The position numbers and the translations under genes are program-made. The notes beneath the pieces are model-generated. The model was not told the origin of the DNA, did no database searches, and worked only from the letters and a program-made list of their open reading frames with translations. Source: Macrostomum lignano (lineage: Eukaryota). Taken from it: 64,000 bases of DNA. The stretch lies in assembly GCA_002269645.1 (NCBI GenBank), contig NIVC01000038.1:930001-994000 (forward strand). Reading direction: 5' to 3'. Below, in pieces: positions 58,047-64,000 of the stretch. Position 1 is the stretch's first letter. Each line of letters begins with the position of its first letter.

Positions 58047-61000
58047 AGACAGACAGCGTTTGAATTTGCGCCATAAGCGAGGCATCAATTGACAATTTGA
58101 GCAATTTTGAGTTGCTACGCCAGAGAGTGCATCTGCACTTCCGCTCTTTAGGGAATTCGAGCTGCTCAGCTCAGTACGACGGGATGTTTGGAGTGAATGG
58201 CACAGGAAATTTTAAAAAAAGCCTGGCTTGCTTTAAAACGTCAGCTGGCATTGCTGGGTGGTGGAGGCGGCTTTGTTTTTTTGCACGGAGCGATTTCATG
58301 AAGTTGAGAAAGAAGCTGATGATGGGAAGCCATGCGCCCCCCAGACTCTCTATTGTTCTGCCAGTTGCATTCAAAAAAAATTTTCTGATCCCTGCATTCT
58401 CGCTTTTATGATGGACCGATGGGTGAAAATGGGGATGTTTGTCGGGAGCACAGAACTGAAGGCAAACTTTTAGTAGCATGATGATGGGATGATGGAGAAT
58501 GGTTGGGTTAAGAGAGGAGCGAAGTTCCAACTAAAGTTGAGTACAGTAAAGTAGAGAGTATCTTAGTAAGAAATTTAAAAAAGATTTAGATTACAGTAGA
58601 GTAGACTTCAGTAGAGTAGAGTGGTGTAAAGTAGAGCAGAGGGCAGTAGAGTAGAGAGTAGAGGGCAGTAGACTAGAGAGTAGAGGGCAGTAGACTAGAG
58701 AGTAGAGGGCAGTAGACTAGAGATTAGAGGGCAGTAGAGTAAAGAGTAGAGGGCAGTAGACTAGAGAGTAGAGGGCAGTAGACTAGAGAGTAGAGGGCAG
58801 TAGACTAGAGAGTAGAGGGCAGTAGACTAGAGAGTAGAGGGCAGTAGACTAGAGAGTAGAGGGCTGTAGAGAGTAGAGGACAGTAGACTAGAGAGTAGAG
58901 GGCAGTAGACTAGAGAGTAGAGGGCTGTAGAGAGTAGAGGGCAGTAGACTAGAGAGTAGAGGGCTGTAGAGAGTAGAGGGCAGTAGACTAGAGAGTAGAG
59001 GGCAGTAGACTAGAGAGTAGAGGGCAGTAGACTAGAGAGTAGAGGGCAGTAGACTAGAGAGTAGAGGGCAGTAGAGTAGAGAGTAGAGGGCAGTAGAGTA
59101 GAGAGTAGAGGGCAGTAGACTAGAGAGTAGAGGGCAGTAGAGTAGAGAGTAGAGGGCAGTAGACTAGAGAGTAGAGGGCAGTAGACTAGAGAGTAGAGGG
59201 CAGTAGACTAGAGAGTAGAGGGCAGTAGAGTAGAGAGTAGAGGGCAGTAGAGTAGAGAGTAGAGGGCAGTAGAGTAGAGAGTAGAGGGCAGTAGAGTAGA
59301 GAGTAGAGGGCAGTAGACTAGAGAGTAGAGGGCAGTAGAGTAGAGAGTAGAGGGCAGTAGACTAGAGAGTAGAGGGCAGTAGACTAGAGAGTAGAGGGCA
59401 GTAGACTAGAGAGTAGAGGGCAGTAGAGTAGAGAGTAGAGGGCAGTAGAGTAGAGAGTAGAGGGCAGTAGAGTAGAGAGTAGAGGGCAGTAGACTAGAGA
59501 GTAGAGGGCAGTAGAGTAGAGAGTAGAGGGCAGTAGAGAGTAGAGGGCAGTAGAGAGTAGAGGGCAGTAGACTAGAGATAAGAGGGCAGTAGACTAGAGA
59601 GTAGAGGGCAGTAGAGAGTAGAGGGCAGTAGACTAGAGAGTAGAGGGCAGTAGACTAGAGAGTAGAGGGCAGTAGAGAGTAGAGGGCAGTAGACTAGAGA
59701 GTAGAGGGCAGTAGAGTAGAGAGTAGAGGGCAGTAGACTAGAGAGTAGAGGGCTGTAGAGAGTAGAGGACAGTAGAGAGTAGAGGGCCGTAGTAGAAAGT
59801 AGAGTAGAGGGTAGCCGTGGGCAGGAGTCAACAGCAGATTTCAGTCAGTCAGTGGGCATTTTCATCACAGTTCCAGTTGAAGGTCAAAGTGAACTGACAG
59901 AGTGCTTCAGTGCACTGTTGTCATCAGTAGTTGCAAATGCGCAGAGCGCAGGCCAAGTTTAAACAGAAACGAACTTGTGATAAACGGAGGGAGGTTTTTG
60001 TTTAGCTGAAACCCTTGCCAAGTTATACCGAGAATACTTAAGCGAAGGTTATTTTCTAATTAGCCGGTAGCTGGAACATTTGTGTATTAGAATTTATTCT
60101 TTTTTTTTATAGCAGGATATGAGGAAGAACCTGCACTGCAGTTTCGCGAAGCCAAGCGTATGAAGGAAGTCCCGCCTTTGTCAGATGGCGGCTGGTAAAT
60201 TTGTTTTGTAAAATAGGGAAATTATCCAGTAGAAGGGATTAATCCTGTGATTGGACCACGCCCTTGCTTAATCCTGGATCTCCGTAGAGAATATTATTAT
60301 TAACTGATTACAAATCGGGAGTTACTCCAGCCGATAGCGCAAAATAAGTTTAGATTTTATAATATCTAGACACTCATAGATAGAAGGCCGTCTGGGTATC
60401 TAGAAGAGTGTCTGAGTATCTCCAAGGGTTTCTGGGTATCTAGAAAACCGTCTGGGTATATAGAGAAGTGTCTATTATCTATAATTATGTCTAGGTATCT
60501 AGAAGAGTGTCTGGGTATATAGATGAGTTTCTGGGTATCTAGATGAGTGTCTGGGTATCTAGATGAGTGTCTGGGTATCTAGAATGGTATCTTGCCATCA
60601 AAATGATACCTATATATCTAGAAGGGTCTATAGGTATTTAGAAAAGTGTCTGGGTATCTAGTCGAGTGTCTGGGTATCTAGACGAGTTTTTGGGTATCAA
60701 GAGGAGTCTCTGGGTATCTAGAATGGTATCTTGCTATCAAAATGATACCCATATATCTAGAAGCGTCTATAGGTATTTAGAAAAGAGTCCGGGTATATAG
60801 ACGAGTGTCTAGGTATCTAGACGAGTTTCTGGGTATCTAGACGAGTGTCTGGGTATCTAGACGAGCTTTTGGGTATCAAGAGGAGTCTCTAGGTATCCAC
60901 AAGGGTATCTGGATATTTAGTAAGGTTGGTGGGTATTTAAAAAGGTGTATGGGTACCGAGGAGGGTGTGAGGTTATCCAGAAGTCTGTCTGGGTAGCTAA

Positions 61001-61835
61001 AAATGTGTCTGGGTATTTAGAGGAATGTTTGGGATCTGGGTATCCAGAAGGGTGTCTGGGTATCCAGAAGGGTGTCTGGGTATCCAGAAGGGTGTCTGGG
61101 TATCCAGAAGGGTGTCTGGGTATCCAGAAGGGTGTCTGGGTATCCAGAAGGGTGTCTGGGTATCCAGAAGGGTGTCTGGGTATCCAGAAGGGTGTCTGGG
61201 TATCCAGAAGGGTGTCTGGGTATCCAGAAGGGTGTCTTGGTATCCAGAAGGGTGTCTATGTGTCTAGAAGGGTGTCTGGGTATCCAGAAGGGTGTCTTGG
61301 TATCCAGAAGGGTGTCTATGTGTCTAGAAGGGTGTCTGGGTATCCAGAAGGGTGTCTGGGTATCCAGAAGGGTGTCTGGGTATCCAGAAGGGTGTCTGGG
61401 TATCCAGAAGGGTGTCTGGGCATCCAGAAGGGTGTCTGGGTATCCAGAAGGGTGTCTTGGTATCCAGAAGGGTGTCTGGGTATCCAGAAGGGTGTCTGGG
61501 TGTCTAGAAGGGTGTCTGAGGCCCTTGAAATGAGATTAGAAGCATCTGTAACAGCACCAGTGATTTCATACGAGGCAATCAATGCTGCATTTACCTTCGC
61601 CAACTCTTCGACTCGTGCCGTTCATTGGGGCAGCGGCGGCTCCACCCGCCGAGATGCCGGCCACTCGGGGCAGATTGATTTGCTTCTTGGCCTCCCGGCC
61701 TGGCGTGAGCTGTCTGGGCGCTGGCTGCACCTGCAGGATCCGAGCTGCCTGACCGGGCGATGCGGCTGCCCCGGCGCTGCGCTGTTGTGCGGGTGGGCGA
61801 TTGGATGAGCGATTGACAGCTGGTGAACTTATCAT
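34197..61835 (-). CDS. PDE1: Ca2+/calmodulin-dependent cyclic nucleotide phosphodiesterase 1, ~631 aa; exons 61835-61595, 50596-50455, 48450-48337, 45862-45683, 44708-44642, 44535-44416, 43744-43604, 40313-40087, 39290-39189, 36918-36798, 36429-36348, 36252-36127, 34943-34860, 34345-34197
   Basis: It has the PDE1 N-terminal/CaM-binding segments (NLTYAAQVLESVYLDET; EVRDWLASTF; KPKFRSVANAIRAGIMVERIYRR) and the catalytic motifs YHNLVHGADV, HDYEHTGTTNNF, LENHH, TDMS, HCADISHP, EEFFRQGDRE and SQVGFIDFI. All junctions are GT..AG and in frame. The first exon (61835-61595) rests on phase compatibility only and is less certain. Confidence 0.93.
35515..35850. repeat. 50-bp minisatellite containing tagggttaggg and ccaat, in a PDE1 intron
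   Basis: gatgggtagttccaccgaccaattagattcaagctagggttagggagtcc, about 6 copies. Confidence 0.93.
36460..36780. repeat. Degenerate (gattgataa)n repeat in a PDE1 intron
   Basis: Directly visible. Confidence 0.8.
39340..40010. repeat. 20-bp minisatellite (agacagaaccctgatctgtt/a)
   Basis: About 33 near-perfect copies differing at one T/A position. Confidence 0.97.
40670..42450. repeat. 10-bp minisatellite (tgagaggaga variants), ~1.8 kb
   Basis: Directly visible and explains the 681-aa and 598-aa ORFs. Confidence 0.97.
42980..43560. repeat. 16-bp minisatellite (gtcactcttccatccc)
   Basis: Directly visible. Confidence 0.95.
43810..44330. repeat. 30-bp minisatellite (tgaccatgagagagtgacaaagtgacggag)
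   Basis: Directly visible. Confidence 0.93.
44860..45640. repeat. 22-bp purine-rich minisatellite (gagggagacagagatggggaga)
   Basis: Directly visible. Confidence 0.95.
46850..47100. repeat. Pyrimidine-rich repeat (cttctcttctacccc)
   Basis: Directly visible. Confidence 0.85.
47590..48243. repeat. (cagtgtctgtct)-based minisatellite ending in (gtcccagtgcct)n
   Basis: Directly visible. Confidence 0.92.
48832..49068. repeat. 8-bp repeat (aactcacg/aactcaca), about 30 copies
   Basis: Directly visible. It reads GTGAGTT on the PDE1 sense strand. Confidence 0.95.
49510..50200. repeat. Pyrimidine-rich 44-bp minisatellite grading into ctgtct low-complexity sequence
   Basis: Directly visible. Confidence 0.9.
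50622..51248. repeat. Perfect (AGTC)n microsatellite, ~156 copies
   Basis: Uninterrupted ~627-bp tetranucleotide run. Confidence 0.99.
51600..52900. repeat. 19-21 bp minisatellite (ttggtctaaagtgcgtgtct)
   Basis: Directly visible. Confidence 0.95.
53560..53870. repeat. ~34-bp minisatellite (cagacattcctggaaaggcatttttgaagggccg)
   Basis: Directly visible. Confidence 0.9.
54900..56095. repeat. 21-23 bp purine-rich minisatellite (gagaggagagagatggcagca)
   Basis: Directly visible. Confidence 0.95.
56455..57790. repeat. 12-bp G-rich minisatellite (ggggcggagaga) with a ~448-bp internal duplication
   Basis: The marker sequence cgagggtcggagagagataggtggagagagaggcgaag occurs at ~56655 and ~57103. Confidence 0.93.
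57985..58042. repeat. (GA)n microsatellite
   Basis: Directly visible. Confidence 0.97.
58600..59800. repeat. 22-bp minisatellite (agtagagggcagtagactagag)
   Basis: Directly visible. Confidence 0.95.
60380..61520. repeat. 20-bp minisatellite (tatccagaagggtgtctggg) with a divergence gradient
   Basis: Degenerate over 60380-61030 and near-perfect over 61040-61520. Confidence 0.93.
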
Positions 61836-61949
61836 AGTAGGGGGCTGGTTAGCTTAGTAGTTGTGGGCGAGCGCGGGAATAAGGAGGAGTGGCGCTTTTG
61901 TGACTCCGGCGCCACTATGACACAACTGAATTTGCGTCAGAACGACAGC

Positions 61950-62430
61950 TGATGTGGCGCCAAAGTAATATCTGATGTGGCGCCACAATGCCATGAAAGA
62001 TTGGCACCACAGTGACACACAGGAGTTGGCGCCACAGTGACACACAGGAGTTGGCGCCACAGTGACACACAGGAGTTGGCGCCACAGTGACACACAGGAG
62101 TTGGCGCCACAGTGACACACAGGAGTTGGCGCCACAGTGACACACAGGATGTGGCGCCACAATGCCATGAAAGATTAGTGTCACAATGACATTAAAGATT
62201 GGCGCCACAGTGACACACAGGATTTGGCGCCACAATGACATTAAAGATCGGCGCCACAATGCCATGAGAGATTGGCGCGACAATGACATTAAAGATTGGC
62301 GCCACAATGACATGAGAGATTGGCGCCACAATGACATTAAAGATTGGCGCCACAATGACATTAAAGATTGGCGCCACAATGACATTAAAGATTGGCGCCA
62401 CAGTGACATCTGATGTGGCGCCACAATGAC
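61950..62430. repeat. 24-25 bp minisatellites built on TGGCGCCAC
   Basis: ttggcgccacagtgacacacaggag, then attggcgccacaatgacattaaag. Confidence 0.93.
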
Positions 62431-62851
62431 ACTCAAGACGCGCTATTTTCCTGCTTTCTAATTTCTAGTAACTATCTGTATAAATACTCACGAAGCCGCA
62501 GCTGAAGCCTCGCGGATGCAGGAGTGCAGGATTTCAGCAAGGAGATTTTGGGAAATGGTGGGGGGGAAGCAGGAAAAATGAAGAGCAGGAAATTAGTAGC
62601 GCTACGCTACTAGGGGAAGAGGAAGCCTTTGTAAAACTGAAAGGCATTGTGTAGCAGCACGCCCGGGTTTCGTATTATAATTAATAAGGCTCGGAGGCTC
62701 AAGCTCAGACAGTGAAAGAGAAACCAACTCATAACTCTCAGTTATGTCACCACAGCGGTGTTAGATATATTGAGGAGGATCCTTTCTGCGTGTGCAACAA
62801 GCTTTCACCTGCTTGACTGAGTCAATATCTTTTTCAATGCCTTTGAATTCA

Positions 62852-63265
62852 TCTGGCGCCACTATAAGGAACTTCGTCTGGCGCCACTATAAGGACCTTC
62901 ATCTGGCGCCACTATAAGGACCTTCATCTGGCGCCACTATAAGGACCTTCACCTGGTGCCACTATAAGGACCTTCATCTGGCGCCACTATAAGGACCTTC
63001 ACCTGGCGCCACTATAAGGACCTTCATCTGGCGCCACTATAAGGACCTTCATCTGGCGCCACTATAAGGACCTTCATCTGGCGCCACTATAAGGACCTTC
63101 ATCTGGCGCCACTATAAGGACCTTCGTCTGACGTCAATATAAGGACCTTCGTCTGGCGCCACTATAAGGACCTTCGTCTGGCGTCACTATAAGGACCTTC
63201 GTCGGGCGTCACTATAAGGACCTTCACCTGGCGCCACTATAAGGACCTTCATCTGGCGCCACTCA
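62852..63265. repeat. 25-bp minisatellite (ctggcgccactataaggaccttcat)
   Basis: About 16 copies. Confidence 0.95.
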
Positions 63266-64000
63266 AGAATCTTAAAATCTCAGCTACCTAATAAGAAATT
63301 TTCCTGCTACTAAAAGTAAAATTACATGAATTTTCTGTTTACAAACCCATCAACAGATAAGTGTTTCTGTATAACAAAAATAGTTGTACAGTACAAGATG
63401 ATGTGTATTATTTTTAAAGCGAGAACTTACCGGTTAGATGAATTATTTACTTCTGACCTACTGGGCAACAGGCAAAATGCTGTATAAGTTCTTTCTCGAT
63501 ATTATTTTTTCTAACTGTTAGTCTGTCATGCAGAACTGAAGAGCAACTGATTTTTGCATAAAGTAGTGTCGTCACTCGCTCCAAACCTCAAGCTCATGCA
63601 CCCCAGCTGTTGGCGGTGAGTAACTTTACAAACCTACACAAGTCGTTACCAGCTTAAGAGCTGTGGCCGGGGTCTGTCACACACACTGACGACCAATCGG
63701 GTTGCAGTACAGAGTGTAGGCTTAAATACTTTAACAGAATTTCTTTTGCGTAGGGTGTTTGTTGAGCTACCATAATAAGTTCTGCACACACAGACAGGCA
63801 TGCACTGAGAAAGAATTGGAATATATTGATTTGCATTGGTTGGAATCGTACATTAGCCAACGAGACAGAACTCTGACTGACTGACTGCTCAGTCCCAAAA
63901 CAGCCACTTGGAAATGGTCAAAATCAATGTACGTTGATTAAATTGTAGAAAAGCACAAACTGTTAGGGTGGGAGTTCAAAATCTACTTTAAATTGGTGTT

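Noticed and set aside
58097-58530. Overlapping 70-120 aa ORFs in PDE1 intron 1
   Set aside because: No domain similarity, no coding-like codon bias and no supporting splice structure.

Overview
Eukaryotic (animal) genomic DNA. GC-rich exons in AT-rich introns packed with intron-specific minisatellites suggest a free-living flatworm such as Macrostomum (inference). I rebuilt six spliced genes by hand from GT..AG sites and frame continuity: ARL16 (+, 4 exons), an effector caspase (+, 4 exons), a DEG/ENaC channel (-, 3 exons, one frameshift), a calmodulin-like EF-hand protein (-, 2 exons), a highly divergent 758-aa alpha-tubulin-like protein (+, 4 exons) and PDE1 (-, 14 exons over about 27.6 kb, plus 2 candidate microexons). 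Also present: a disrupted single-exon secreted-protein gene, a decayed partial duplicate of the calmodulin-like last exon, a Maverick/Polinton remnant whose polB reading frame runs into a Tc1/mariner fragment, a CORE-SINE, a possible Crypton fragment, interstitial telomeric repeats and about 40 tandem arrays. The most unusual item is the tubulin, which has lost the E254/D251 equivalents, has a ~115-aa insertion before helix H12 and has a ~200-aa tail. Several arrays consist of recognisable signals (branch point, 5' splice site, CCAAT, E2F-like). Most long ORFs in the supplied track are repeat translations, not genes. No CRISPR array, rRNA or tRNA gene is supported.
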